64,000 bases of DNA from Rubripirellula sp. (GTDB taxonomy: Bacteria; Planctomycetota; Planctomycetia; Pirellulales; Pirellulaceae). Made by a program: the position numbers and the translations under genes. Below the pieces are notes generated by a model that saw nothing but the letters and a program-made list of their open reading frames with translations, ran no database searches and was not told the origin of the DNA. Shown in pieces: positions 20,178 to 33,780 of the stretch (position 1 is its first letter; the number at the start of each line of letters is the position of its first letter). The stretch spans positions 832,001 to 896,000 of the forward strand of contig OZ244207.1 of assembly GCA_965216875.1 (NCBI GenBank). Reading direction: 5' to 3'.

Positions 20178-21782
20178 TCAGGACCCTTTCAATTCGCTTG
20201 ATTCCCAAACGCCGTTGCCATCTTTGTCGCGCGCTTTGAATCGACGTTCGAGCGCGGGGACGGTGTCGCCTGTTCGGCCATTGAGAAACTCTTCCCACGT
20301 GACCTTTGCATCGCCATTCTTGTCGCGTGCCTTGAAGAGTTGCGGGTCAGCAAGTGGCTTGCGTTTGTTGGCCGATCGATTTTGAACTGCCTTCATGCTT
20401 GGCGGTTTCTTATCCCGTTTGCCGTCCAAGTACCAATCAAAGTAGTCGTTTCCGGTGATGCTGACCTTTGGCGGCAGGCCCGCTGGTTTTAACGTTTCGC
20501 CCCATCGGTCCCATTGCGATCGCAATTGAGCGGCGATGTGTTTGTGTTGGCTGAGGAGGTTGTTGGATTCGCCGATGTCCTGATCGAGATCGTAAAGCCA
20601 CTCGCGGCCGCCAGCGGCAAGGTATTTCCACTTGCCTTTGCGGATTGCGGCCTGACCGCTCCACCGCCAATAGAGCGCCTCATGGGGCGGCGTCTTGAGG
20701 TCGCCTTGCAGGTAGGGAATCAGGTTCACGCCATCAAGGACTGGATCGTGATCGAGCCCAGCGATCGCATTGATGGTGGCAGCAACGTCGAGCGAGATGA
20801 CAGGATGATCGAACGTTTTTCCAGCTGGCAGCGTTCCGGGCCAGGCGACAACAAATGGCGTACGAATCCCACCCTCGGTCAGCATGCCTTTTTCGCCGTT
20901 AAGCGGATCGTTCAGCGAACCATCCCAACCCGGGCCGCCGCCTGGTGCGTCCAGTTTGTGGATTTTCAGCGGTGCACCATTGTCGCTGATGAAAAACAGA
21001 AGCGTGTTGTTCTCGAGTTTGTGTTGCTTCAAGGTCGCAACCACTTTGCCGACACCCTCGTCAACGGACGAGAGCATCGCGAGCGCTTGACGGCGACGCT
21101 CAGGCATCTCGCCGGGAAACCGCTTGAGGTATTTCGGGGGAGCGTCGAGTGGGACGTGCGGTGCGCGATAGGCAAGATAGAAAAAGAATGGCTTGTCTTT
21201 GAACTTGGTGATGAACGCACTCGCAGCCGCACTGCACGCATCGACGTGGTACATGCCAGTCGATTCAGGGCCAAGTGGCACGTCGCTGCCGTCGAGATCG
21301 ATGTTCGCCACGCCAGGTCGGTTCGCGTTCTTGTAAAAGACTTTGTCGAATCCATGGTCGACGATTTCGCGTGCAGGACCGAGATGCCATTTGCCTGCCA
21401 TGCCCGTTGCATAGCCAGCGTTTTTCAATCGTTCGGCAATGGTGAGCGACTTGCCGAAACCAGCAAGTCCATCGGGCTCCTGCGCGGTCTTGTTCGATTC
21501 GAGTCCAAATCGGTTTTGGTACCGGCCGGTTAGAAGTCCGCCGCGCGATGGAACACATTGCGGAGCGGTGATGTAGCCGTTTGTCATGCGGATGCCCCGA
21601 GCCGCCATCGCATCGATGTTGGGCGTCTTGAGGTCGGGAAAGATGTCCTGGCAGCCAAGGTCGGAATAGCCGTGATCATCAGTGAAGATCACGATGACAT
21701 TGGGGGGACGGGTTGGCGTGGTTTGGGCGTGAGCGGACAGGAACGTGAACAGCACAAACGCAAGGGCGATGGGTCTTCTCAT
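20178..21782 (-). CDS. Formylglycine-dependent sulfatase with C-terminal EF-hand pair
   Basis: PNVIVIFTDD, CVPSRGGLLTGR, GKWHLG, SDNG, EGGIRTP; DKNGDAKVTWEEF and DKDGNGVWESSEL. Confidence 0.93.
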   Translation of the reverse strand: MRRPIALAFVLFTFLSAHAQTTPTRPPNVIVIFTDDHGYSDLGCQDIFPDLKTPNIDAMAARGIRMTNGYITAPQCVPSRGGLLTGRYQNRFGLESNKTAQEPDGLAGFGKSLTIAERLKNAGYATGMAGKWHLGPAREIVDHGFDKVFYKNANRPGVANIDLDGSDVPLGPESTGMYHVDACSAAASAFITKFKDKPFFFYLAYRAPHVPLDAPPKYLKRFPGEMPERRRQALAMLSSVDEGVGKVVATLKQHKLENNTLLFFISDNGAPLKIHKLDAPGGGPGWDGSLNDPLNGEKGMLTEGGIRTPFVVAWPGTLPAGKTFDHPVISLDVAATINAIAGLDHDPVLDGVNLIPYLQGDLKTPPHEALYWRWSGQAAIRKGKWKYLAAGGREWLYDLDQDIGESNNLLSQHKHIAAQLRSQWDRWGETLKPAGLPPKVSITGNDYFDWYLDGKRDKKPPSMKAVQNRSANKRKPLADPQLFKARDKNGDAKVTWEEFLNGRTGDTVPALERRFKARDKDGNGVWESSELKGS

Positions 21783-22004
21783 CAGTGTGGTGGCTTTCTG
21801 ATGGCGTGGAGGTGCGGGCGGAGCTTTTGATTCTAGCTGGTCTGCGATGGGGAGTTTGTCGCTGCAATGTAGGAACTCGAGATGTTTGTTCCGAATAGGG
21901 AGATCGATCCCGGGCGCTCCTGGAGTATCGTTGGTCAGCTAGACTGAACGTTCGAAAAGAGTATTCCGGGCACACGCTCTTATCGCATCTTTGCAGGACA
22001 ACGC

Positions 22005-24545
22005 ATGACCAACTCGGCCGACTCCGATTCGGATCACGAACCTTTTGCGGGCGACGTTCCGACATCGTCACCCGACGGGGAGTTGCCGGTCACGCACGCA
22101 ACCGATGCCGCCGGAACCATCGCCAGCGACGGTCGCGACACGTCGGCAGTTGCTGGTCTGGAGGAATACGAGCTCATCGAAGAGCTGGGGCGCGGCGGCA
22201 TGGGCGTCGTCTATCGGGCTCGTCACAAAACGCTCGGTCGGTCCGTCGCGTTGAAAATGATACTTGCCGGGCAATTCGCTTCGCCAGAAAGCATTCAGCG
22301 ATTTATGTTGGAAGCCGAATCCGCGGCTCGGCTCGATCATCGCGGCATTGTGCCGATCTACGAAATTGGCAAAGCGGGTGAGCATCACTTTTATGCGATG
22401 AAGTTGATCGATGGCAGTCCGCTCTCGGCGCTGTTGTCCGAGTACGAACCCGACCAACGCAAGTCAGCTGCACTGGTGGTGCAGATTGCCGAAGCCGTCC
22501 AGCACGCGCATCAACGTGGTGTGCTGCATCGCGACTTGAAACCGGCGAACATCTTGATTGACGGTGATGACGCTCCTTGGATCACCGACCTCGGCCTTGC
22601 CAAACAACTCGATTCCGAATCGGCAATCACTCAAACGGGGCTTGTGATTGGCTCACCAAGATTCATGTCGCCCGAACAGGCGGCAGGCATGACCGATACG
22701 ACCGTCGCGACGGACGTCTATGCAATGGGGGCAATCCTCTATTGGTTAATTTCAGGACGGCCCCCGATCTCTGGCAAGAGCACGCTTGAGGTGGTGCAAA
22801 AAACGATCGAGCAAGAACCGGAGAGCATTCGTCGTTTGCGGCGCGACGCCGATCGCGACCTGAACCTGATTTGCCTGAAGGCGCTCGAAAAAGCTCCGCA
22901 AGATCGTTACCGGTCGGCTGCCGAATTTGCAACCGAACTTCAGGCGTGGCTTGATGGCGAACCGTTGATGGTCAAACCGCCGTCGCCTGTCCAGTCGACG
23001 TATCGCTGGTTGCGCAAGAATGTTCGAGGCGTCGCCGTTGGAGTGGCGTGCGGCACGCTTGCCGGGTTGGTCACAGGTTTCATCCTGCTCGTGTTGGTCG
23101 GCGAGCAATTGCTTGATTCAGCCAACGAGATCCAATCGAAACTTGCCTCGACCCGCGAACCGTGGATCACTAGCAGCATGGCGTGGATTCAACGTTTGCC
23201 GCCAAGTCTGAGCGACGCTCGACAATGGATCATGTTGATCACAACATCGATCGGGATCGCGACGATTGGTTTGAGTAAACCGAAACAGCGTGAGTCGGGT
23301 GTCGCGGCAGCACTCACGGCGAGTCTTCTCGCTGGCATCCTGGCGTTCATCATTAGCTGGGCTTGGCAACCCATCGGCCAACGTACGGCCTCGGCTGCGG
23401 AAGAGGACATGCAACTGCTAGCGGAGTACTTTTTTCTACACCCCGATGACCGACATCTGGCCGAGCAAACACTGTTTGATCGTTACCCCGGCATCGAGCA
23501 GGTTGAAAGCTGGAAGCGAAGCGATTTGTTGTTGAACAAAATGAGCGTGGATCAAGTCGCGAGTATTCCTCTCGGTGTTTTTGTTGCCGTCGGCGGCGTG
23601 TTGTTCCTCGTCGTGTTGCCAATTTTTGTCAGCAGCCTTTTTGCCGGATTGATTTGGGGACGCGGCTATCGTGGTTGGGGATTTTTCTGGCGGTCGATTG
23701 AAGTAGGGCTTTTGTCATCCGTGTTGCTCTTTTTGCTCAGCAGGTCGTTTGGCAATTTTGTTGGACCACCGCCACTGCTCTTCTATCAAGTCGTTTCCCT
23801 CGTCACGATCGGAATCACGATCACGGTTGCCCTGTCTCGTCGCACGGTCTTTCTGCGTGTGCCGCTGTTCCTGTTCGCACTGGTGACCTGCGTCGCTAAT
23901 CTTTCCGATTCGAATCACGTTCAAGCCGCCAACTGGCACGCTCGAATCGCTGAAACCGACGGCCAATATCGACGGGCCGCGAGCCTCCTTGAACGCAAAC
24001 TCGCTAACTCGAACGAGCGTGTGAATCGGTTCCATTTGGCGACGCTCTATGCGTACCTTGGGGATGATGACAAGTACGTCGAGCACTGTGAGCAGCTCGT
24101 GCGCCACGGCAATTTTTACAACCGCGAGGTAGCCGAACAGGCATCCAAAGCGATGTTGCTTAAACCTGATTTGCACCAGGACATCGAACGAGCACACCAG
24201 TTGGCGCGGTGGGCGTCGGAGCAACGTGCATTCAACGGCTGGGACTACCTCTGTCGAGCGCTGTCTGAAGTGCGGCAGGGAAACGTCGAATCGGCGCGTC
24301 AGTGGGCGGAAAAGTCGAGGAACACTGCGGCATCGCAAAGCCAATGGCAACAACACAACATCGTCGCAACCGCCCATCTCGTTGACGCGATCGGTTATCA
24401 GATGGCTAACGAACGATCGAAGGTCGATGAGTCGCTCGGGCTTGCCGAAAAATCGTTCAAGACCGATTCGGTGACGCCCTTTGAAGTGACCCTGACCTAT
24501 CGAATTCTGCGCAGTGAAGTAGGGCAAGATTCACAAGGCAACTAG
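22005..24545 (+). CDS. Hanks-type Ser/Thr kinase with polytopic membrane domain and TPR-like C-terminus
   Basis: LGRGGMGVVY, VALKMI, HRDLKPAN, DLGLAK, GSPRFMSPEQ; about 7 hydrophobic segments follow. Confidence 0.93.
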   Translation: MTNSADSDSDHEPFAGDVPTSSPDGELPVTHATDAAGTIASDGRDTSAVAGLEEYELIEELGRGGMGVVYRARHKTLGRSVALKMILAGQFASPESIQRFMLEAESAARLDHRGIVPIYEIGKAGEHHFYAMKLIDGSPLSALLSEYEPDQRKSAALVVQIAEAVQHAHQRGVLHRDLKPANILIDGDDAPWITDLGLAKQLDSESAITQTGLVIGSPRFMSPEQAAGMTDTTVATDVYAMGAILYWLISGRPPISGKSTLEVVQKTIEQEPESIRRLRRDADRDLNLICLKALEKAPQDRYRSAAEFATELQAWLDGEPLMVKPPSPVQSTYRWLRKNVRGVAVGVACGTLAGLVTGFILLVLVGEQLLDSANEIQSKLASTREPWITSSMAWIQRLPPSLSDARQWIMLITTSIGIATIGLSKPKQRESGVAAALTASLLAGILAFIISWAWQPIGQRTASAAEEDMQLLAEYFFLHPDDRHLAEQTLFDRYPGIEQVESWKRSDLLLNKMSVDQVASIPLGVFVAVGGVLFLVVLPIFVSSLFAGLIWGRGYRGWGFFWRSIEVGLLSSVLLFLLSRSFGNFVGPPPLLFYQVVSLVTIGITITVALSRRTVFLRVPLFLFALVTCVANLSDSNHVQAANWHARIAETDGQYRRAASLLERKLANSNERVNRFHLATLYAYLGDDDKYVEHCEQLVRHGNFYNREVAEQASKAMLLKPDLHQDIERAHQLARWASEQRAFNGWDYLCRALSEVRQGNVESARQWAEKSRNTAASQSQWQQHNIVATAHLVDAIGYQMANERSKVDESLGLAEKSFKTDSVTPFEVTLTYRILRSEVGQDSQGN

Positions 24546-24556
24546 AATTTGTCGAT

Positions 24557-24589
24557 AGTCGCCTTTCGCTCCGCGAAAGTTGCGTTGTT
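24557..24589. repeat. REP-like palindrome, AGTCGCCTTTCGCTCCGCGAAAG family
   Basis: Hairpin ctttcgc-tcc-gcgaaag; inverted relative at 63410-63431. Confidence 0.7.
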
Positions 24590-24597
24590 GCCGCCCC

Positions 24598-24672
24598 TGA
24601 GCCGTTCGCGCTAGCGTCGGGCCCTAAGAAGTCACTACGAATGTAAGGCCCGACGCTAGCGCGTACGGCTCA
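24598..24672. repeat. REP-like inverted doublet, TGAGCCG...CGGCTCA family
   Basis: 26-bp arms with one mismatch (tgagccgttcgcgctagcgtcgggcc / ggcccgacgctagcgcgtacggctca) between convergent genes; relatives at 37372, 38730 and 58959. Confidence 0.85.
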
Positions 24673-24686
24673 CGGGCATGTGTCGC

Positions 24687-28047
<3,361 letters not shown>

Positions 28048-28112
28048 CGCAAGGGTCTGAGCACGGCTCAGCAGTGTCCGTGAGCCGCCGGCCAGTCGTG
28101 CGTTCCAAAGAA

Positions 28113-28224
28113 CACCCTCCCGCTTGCGGGAGGGTCGGACGCTAAGTCCGGGGAGGGCATGGTTCCTCAAAAACAAACCCTCTCCGGGCCTTAGAGCCCG
28201 ACTCTCCCGAGGGAGAGTGCTAAG
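28113..28224. repeat. About 110-bp CCCTCCC/GGGAGGG multi-hairpin repeat, copy 1
   Basis: Near-identical inverted copy at 38767-38876; contains ccctcccgcttgcgggaggg and actctcccgagggagagt hairpins. Confidence 0.88.
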
Positions 28225-28297
28225 ACGCGCAGTTTAGAAACGGGTGAAAACGCAATTGCACCTGCCGAGGCTAACACCAAAACCAATCAGGTTGTGG

Positions 28298-28693
28298 CTA
28301 GTCGCCGCGGTGATCGTCGATGATTTGCTTGATGCGTTCAGGATCGGGCAGGCCGTTGACTTCGATTTCGAGTCCTGATTGGCCGGCGCTTGAAATCCCG
28401 ATCCAGCCAACGTTGAACATTCGCTGGAAGAAAGATTGGCGAACTTGAATGTTGCGAACGTTGCTGTGGAAGACGTCGTTGGTGTACTTGGACATGATTC
28501 CTTTACGCAACGTCGTCTGTTCGTTGGTGACGATGAGCGTTGTGCCAAGGTTTCGAATCCACCACACCAGCAACATGATCAAGCCGATTCCGACCAGACT
28601 CAAGATCACGCAAAGGGTGAAGTAGAAGGGGTGGTTTCGAAACATGGACGGATGCGCTTCGTAAAGCACTTCCTCGTCCGGTTCAACACTCAT
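28298..28693 (-). CDS. Membrane-flanked bacterial PH-domain (bPH_2-type) protein
   Basis: N-terminal TM hairpin, then VTNEQTTLRKGI...VRNIQVRQSFFQRMFNVGWI...NGLPDP. Confidence 0.85.
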   Translation of the reverse strand: MSVEPDEEVLYEAHPSMFRNHPFYFTLCVILSLVGIGLIMLLVWWIRNLGTTLIVTNEQTTLRKGIMSKYTNDVFHSNVRNIQVRQSFFQRMFNVGWIGISSAGQSGLEIEVNGLPDPERIKQIIDDHRGD

Positions 28694-28800
28694 CTGTCCG
28701 TCTCCCGAAGTTTAAGATGTGGCTTCATTTTGCCCGATCTGAACGGGCACAGAAAGCCTACCTTCGGGGCGCTCTTTGGCCAACGCAGTCGATTCCGCGA

Positions 28801-29676
28801 TTAGAGCTTCTTCAAGTGCTTCATGCTTTGGCGAATGCTCTTGAGCGGATGTGGCGAGTGGTCTTGTTCGACGTGACAGATTCTGACACCTGCTTCGGAT
28901 GCGACATCGATGATTGGTTCCATGTCGATCACGCCGTCCCCAAGTTCCTCGAACGCTTCCTTGGGGATGCCACCGTAGGCAGGCGTCTCTTGCGATTCGT
29001 TCAAATCTTTGAGGTGCAGCTGCGAGACGCGTCCTTTGAGCTTGCGAATCAGTTCGACAGGATCCTTGCCGCCCACGACGACCCAGAAGACATCGACTTC
29101 AAAGTGCATGTCGGGCGAGAACTCCTCGATCATGACTTCGTAGCCCGTTTTGCCACCCTCTTTGGGTTCAAACTCAAACGCGTGGTTGTGATACGACAGT
29201 TGAATGCCTGCTTTCTTGGCTTGCTCGGCACCCCGGTTGCATCGCTCGCATAGCTTCTTGTAGTCGTCGAGGGTTTGCCGGCTGTGGTCATGCAGGTAGG
29301 GAATGACGAGGTCGGTGAGACCGATCTTGTTTGCCTTTTCCAGGACTTCGGCAAACGGAGTGACGCCTTGCTTGTCGGGGTCGGTGACCGACTCCCAAGC
29401 AAAGTGTGACGAGTTCATCGCCAGGCCGGATGCGCGCGATGCTTCGATCATCGGATCGCAGTTTGGGAAGTTGTACATCTCGACTTGCTTGTACCCAGCG
29501 TCGGCTACGGCTTGAATCGTCTTGGAGACGTCGTCGTTGATTTCGTTCCGCAGCGTGTAGAGCTGGATGCCGATTTCTTTCCGGTATTTGTTATCAGGGT
29601 CGAGTGCAAAGAGGCGAGGCGCCGAGATGGCAAGGGTCGCGGCGCTGGTTGCTGCCAAGAACTGTCGTCGTTTCAT
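28801..29676 (-). CDS. Sugar phosphate isomerase/epimerase (AP_endonuc_2 TIM barrel), Tat substrate
   Basis: MKRRQFL signal; GIQLYTLR, YHNHAFEF, EVDVFW, HLKD, VEQD. Confidence 0.9.
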   Translation of the reverse strand: MKRRQFLAATSAATLAISAPRLFALDPDNKYRKEIGIQLYTLRNEINDDVSKTIQAVADAGYKQVEMYNFPNCDPMIEASRASGLAMNSSHFAWESVTDPDKQGVTPFAEVLEKANKIGLTDLVIPYLHDHSRQTLDDYKKLCERCNRGAEQAKKAGIQLSYHNHAFEFEPKEGGKTGYEVMIEEFSPDMHFEVDVFWVVVGGKDPVELIRKLKGRVSQLHLKDLNESQETPAYGGIPKEAFEELGDGVIDMEPIIDVASEAGVRICHVEQDHSPHPLKSIRQSMKHLKKL

Positions 29677-29861
29677 CGATAACTCGAAAAGTATGCAAAT
29701 GGCTCAGGGAACGGGATGAGGTGGAGCGGCGATGCGCAGAAGGTGGCTTCCATCGACCTGCCGTCACCGACATCGTAGTCGGATTCGCGGAATCAGGCTA
29801 CGCAGCGAGCTTTGGCTCGGCGAAACCTCGCGAATCAAAGGTTAGAACGAGGGGAGGGCGG

Positions 29862-30731
29862 CTACTTACCCCGACCGAAGATTGCTTCGAGACCGTCGAG
29901 GTTTTCTTGAAGCGCCACCCGGACATCCATTTGCTTGCGGTGTCCGAGAATCCCAATGGGACCGGCGTAGCCCGATTGCACGACCGTTGCGATCATCGCT
30001 CTTTCGTGTTTGCCGTGGCCGATCGAGAGGATTTTGAATTGGGCTGGATTCGCGGCAACCTTGTCAGCGTCGGCCATGCCATTGATGTTCAAGCAGAGGA
30101 GGTTGGGCTTGAGTTGCTGGAGTGACTCGGCAAACGAACCGATGTCGTCATGGGCATGATGAAAGTTGTAGACAATGCCGACGTTGTCTAAGTCGTGTTC
30201 GCTGCGGAGATGATTGCAGACGGCGATGAGGTTATCAGGTTTGCCGCCCCAACCACCATGGTTGTAGAGTCCAAACTGAAGGCCAAGCTCGTCGGCTTTC
30301 TGGGCAAACGGGAGGACAGCCGCTGCGGCGCTACGGACTCGATCGGCTTGCGTGTCGCCATTGGGTGACGGACAGGTGCGCCAAATCTGGGGTTGAATCC
30401 CATGCTTTTTGATCAGCGGCGCCATGTCATCGTGCCAGCTCCAAAAAGCGAAGTACTCGATGCCATGTTTCTTGTATTCGAGGATCTCCTGCTCGAAGGT
30501 GGCGACGTGTTCCTTTCGCCAATCGTAGGCGACGCGTTTCAAGCCGAGGTCGCTCACCATCGCCGCCCGCTCTGCCGGATCACGATTCTTGGCATCGAAC
30601 GGAACGATGCACCATGCGACGAGGTTTTCTTTGCTAAACGATTCGGGGGCTTCCGTCGGCTGCTGCCAAGCAAACACGTCGCCCCAAAAACCGCTGAGCA
30701 GCAAACTGATCGACAAAAGAAGGCAACGCAT
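29862..30731 (-). CDS. Exported xylose-isomerase-like TIM-barrel protein
   Basis: Signal peptide; LVAWCIVPFD, LYNHGGW, VYNFHH, LNINGM, GYAGPIGILGH. Confidence 0.8.
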   Translation of the reverse strand: MRCLLLSISLLLSGFWGDVFAWQQPTEAPESFSKENLVAWCIVPFDAKNRDPAERAAMVSDLGLKRVAYDWRKEHVATFEQEILEYKKHGIEYFAFWSWHDDMAPLIKKHGIQPQIWRTCPSPNGDTQADRVRSAAAAVLPFAQKADELGLQFGLYNHGGWGGKPDNLIAVCNHLRSEHDLDNVGIVYNFHHAHDDIGSFAESLQQLKPNLLCLNINGMADADKVAANPAQFKILSIGHGKHERAMIATVVQSGYAGPIGILGHRKQMDVRVALQENLDGLEAIFGRGK

Positions 30732-30763
30732 CGAGATCAACCTTTGTGTAGACGACACCAATG

Positions 30764-31357
30764 CTATTGGGATACGCGTTTCGGCATCAGTTCAGTAAAT
30801 TCCTCTTCGCTTTGGTCGATGCGAAGAGGCCATGATTGAAACGCTTCGCGGATGTCCTCGTCGGTAATGTCTTCGCGAGGAATCCCCTGCGCCACCATGG
30901 ACGCGACAAAGGCGTCCGCGTCGGGCGCGGCAATCACAAACGCGTCGCGTTCTTTTTTGATCGGCATCGGAAGCCACGGGTCGTCCGGGCCAAAGTCAAG
31001 CAACAGGTTGTCACTTGCATCAATAGCGTAGGTACCGCGGCGTGAGTCGGCGTCGCCTTCGAACTGAGTTTGAGCGACGTTGCCTGGCAACAACGAAAGC
31101 ACGAACAAATTGTCGGCTGACCGAAATCGCAACCCTTGGGTGCGCTGGACATTGGCCATCACTTCACTTGCCAATTCGGTCAACGCTTGTGGTGCAGCGA
31201 TGGTTGCTGGCAATGCTTCGAGGCCTTCCTCCTGAGTCGTGCGCGATGTCGTCTCGTTGGCGGCAACCACATCGGTTGGCTCGGTTGACGAATGGCATCC
31301 ACCTGCGATAAGGGTCATGCAGGCGATCAAAGAGCCAAACGACTTGGTTGAAAACAC
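30764..31357 (-). CDS. Hypothetical lipoprotein
   Basis: Lipobox-like AGGC; tightly packed between the FKBP and TIM-barrel genes. Confidence 0.7.
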   Translation of the reverse strand: MFSTKSFGSLIACMTLIAGGCHSSTEPTDVVAANETTSRTTQEEGLEALPATIAAPQALTELASEVMANVQRTQGLRFRSADNLFVLSLLPGNVAQTQFEGDADSRRGTYAIDASDNLLLDFGPDDPWLPMPIKKERDAFVIAAPDADAFVASMVAQGIPREDITDEDIREAFQSWPLRIDQSEEEFTELMPKRVSQ

Positions 31358-31362
31358 AGCGT

Positions 31363-31815
31363 CTACTTGATGGAGTGCAATTCGACCTTGAAATGTAATG
31401 TCGAATTCGGTGGGATTCCTGGGCGACCCGCTTCACCGTAGGCCAGGTCGGAAGGAACTTCGAGCTCGATCATTCCACCAACACCAACCAGTTGGAGCCC
31501 TTCGGTCCAGCCGGCGATCACACCACTCAGCGCGAACTGAGCGGGTTCGGCACGTGCGTACGACGAGTCGAACTGAGTGCCATTGTCTAGCCAACCAGAG
31601 TAATCAACGACCACGACGTTGTTTGCGGTCGGTTTGTCCAAATCCGATTTCCGCAAAATGCGGTATTTCAAGCCCGATTCGGCCTGGGTGAATTCTTCGG
31701 GAGCATCCTCATCAATCACGTTGGGGCCCATCTTGGGCTTGCCGCTGCAACCAACAGCGAGAAGGGAGAGGGTGGCTACCAAAACCAAGGATGGTGCAAA
31801 GATGCGCTGCAGCAT
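31363..31815 (-). CDS. FKBP-type peptidyl-prolyl isomerase, lipoprotein
   Basis: AVGC lipobox; SGLKY, FDSSY, VIAGWTEGL, LAYG, IPPNSTLHFKVEL. Confidence 0.95.
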   Translation of the reverse strand: MLQRIFAPSLVLVATLSLLAVGCSGKPKMGPNVIDEDAPEEFTQAESGLKYRILRKSDLDKPTANNVVVVDYSGWLDNGTQFDSSYARAEPAQFALSGVIAGWTEGLQLVGVGGMIELEVPSDLAYGEAGRPGIPPNSTLHFKVELHSIK

Positions 31816-31866
31816 GGCGATAGGATTGTGTGCGAAGGATGTGTGAACCGAGCGTCGGGCAAGTCG

Positions 31867-33765
31867 CTAGGGCACTACGTTCGAAGTGCCCAGGAGATCA
31901 TTGACGGCCCGATTGGCTACACGAATGATGTACTTGTTTGGCTGATTTGACAACGCCTGCTTGAGTGCGGGTAGGGCAGGGCGTGCGTCCCCATCCATTT
32001 CGTCTAGCACGATGGCCGCCGCCAAACGGCCCCATTGGTGGTCGCTGGTCAATTCCTTTTCCAGCACTGTGATCGCTGATCGGGCATCGCCAAATCGGGC
32101 CACGGCCCGAGCCGCCGCGATTCGAACGCTGGGCGACGGATCATTCAGCAGCGGTTTCACCTGGGACAGCGACGAAGAAGCTGGCTGGCCAAGATTGCCC
32201 AGGCCGGTGGCCGCCCAATACCTGACCGACGCATCCTCGTCACTCAACGCTAGGACGAGTTCGTCGAGGGCGTCCATCCCTTCGGAAGCGCGCGTGGCGA
32301 CACGAACCAACCGGGCGAGCGTCTTTTCGGCGTTATCCGCATCGTGCAGGATTGCATAGCGCGAGCCTGCACCCTTTTCTCGAAGTTCGATCTCCGCTTC
32401 TGGGATCAAGCCGATGTCGCCAATCTCGTTCTGCCAGCCCGAAAGAGCCGCCCGCATCTCGACAAGCTTGCGTTGGTACTTGGGATCACTCGCAAGATTG
32501 CTTACTTCGTGAGGATCCTTCTGCAGATCATAAAGCTCCTCGGCCGGCTTGGTTGCTGCGGAGAAGAGTGCCAGCGCGCCGGTCAGGTTGCCGGCTTGTT
32601 CGTACCGCCGAATCTCTTTCATCGTCGCTCCCTTTTCGGGAGTGTTCATGTATTGGTAGTAAGGTTTGAGAGGTTCGAAGTTGCGAACATAGCGGTAACG
32701 TTTGTCACGGACTGCACGAATGATGTCGTACCGTTCGTCCATTCGGTCGCGCGCGCCGTAGATGTAGTTGCGTTCTTTCTTGAGGTCGCTACCTAGAAAC
32801 GCTCGGCCCTGCACGTAACTGGGGACATCGAGTCCGGCAAGGTTCAATACGGTTGGGCCAAAGTCGGTGGAGTTGATCAGTTGGTCGTCGATACTTCCGG
32901 CGACGCCTTGGTTGCCGATCCGCAGGCTTGGTGGAATTCGCACAATCATTGGGATCCGCGTGCCTGAATCGTACAGCCACCGTTTGGCACGCGGCAGACC
33001 GACGCCGTGGTCGGACCAAAAGAAGATGATTGTGTTTTCGTAGAGGCCATCTTGCTTGAGTTGTGCGATCAGGTCGCCGGCCCAAGCGTCCATTGCAGTG
33101 ATCAGTTCGTAGTTTCGTTTCCAATCTTCGCGCGTGATCGGTGTGTCGGGGTAGTAGGGTGGCAGCGTTGTGAGTTCGGCTGCGTTTTGCCGTTGCGATT
33201 GGCTCAGGTTTTCCGTCACCGACTTGTACTTGGCGTCGCCTGCGATCCCGCTTTCGTGGCAGCCGCCGAAGTTGAAGACCGAAAAGAAGGGTTGGTCTTT
33301 GGTTTTGCGATTGCGCCAATGGGCTTTGCCGCTGGAGTGATCCCAAATCGTTTTCGACGACGGCTGTTTGAATTGGTAGTCGGTTTTGCTGTTGTTGGTG
33401 CAGTAGTAACCGGCTTCGCGCAGCGCCATCGGAAACGGCTTGAGCCATTCGGGAAGCGTAGCGTTGCATCGCATGTGGTGAGTACCGATGCTGTTCTGGT
33501 ACATGCCAGTAATGATTGTTGATCGGCAGGGCGCGCAAACACCGGCCGCAGTGTAGGTGTTCGTGAAACGGACTCCCTCGTCGGCCAGTTTGTCAAGGTT
33601 TGGCGTGATCGCGTGTGGGTCACCAAAGCAACCAAGGTGTGGGCTGATGTCTTCGCAGGAGAGCCACACGATGTTTGGCTGAGACGCCATCGCAGGAGTG
33701 CAGCATGCCAACAACAAGAGCGCAGCAACAAACGACTGCACTGGGTGAAGGAGAGGGCGGAGCAT
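31867..33765 (-). CDS. Sulfatase with C-terminal HEAT/PBS-lyase repeats
   Basis: PNIVWLSCED, CAPCRSTIITG, SDHG, RDRMDE; repeats DEDASVRYWAATGLG and DPSPSVRIAAARAV. Confidence 0.92.
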   Translation of the reverse strand: MLRPLLHPVQSFVAALLLLACCTPAMASQPNIVWLSCEDISPHLGCFGDPHAITPNLDKLADEGVRFTNTYTAAGVCAPCRSTIITGMYQNSIGTHHMRCNATLPEWLKPFPMALREAGYYCTNNSKTDYQFKQPSSKTIWDHSSGKAHWRNRKTKDQPFFSVFNFGGCHESGIAGDAKYKSVTENLSQSQRQNAAELTTLPPYYPDTPITREDWKRNYELITAMDAWAGDLIAQLKQDGLYENTIIFFWSDHGVGLPRAKRWLYDSGTRIPMIVRIPPSLRIGNQGVAGSIDDQLINSTDFGPTVLNLAGLDVPSYVQGRAFLGSDLKKERNYIYGARDRMDERYDIIRAVRDKRYRYVRNFEPLKPYYQYMNTPEKGATMKEIRRYEQAGNLTGALALFSAATKPAEELYDLQKDPHEVSNLASDPKYQRKLVEMRAALSGWQNEIGDIGLIPEAEIELREKGAGSRYAILHDADNAEKTLARLVRVATRASEGMDALDELVLALSDEDASVRYWAATGLGNLGQPASSSLSQVKPLLNDPSPSVRIAAARAVARFGDARSAITVLEKELTSDHQWGRLAAAIVLDEMDGDARPALPALKQALSNQPNKYIIRVANRAVNDLLGTSNVVP

Positions 33766-33780
33766 AAGGCGGGAGGGGAG

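Noticed and set aside
20514..21533. 339-aa plus-strand ORF
   Set aside because: Entirely antisense to the sulfatase with no recognisable motifs; typical shadow ORF from codon bias.
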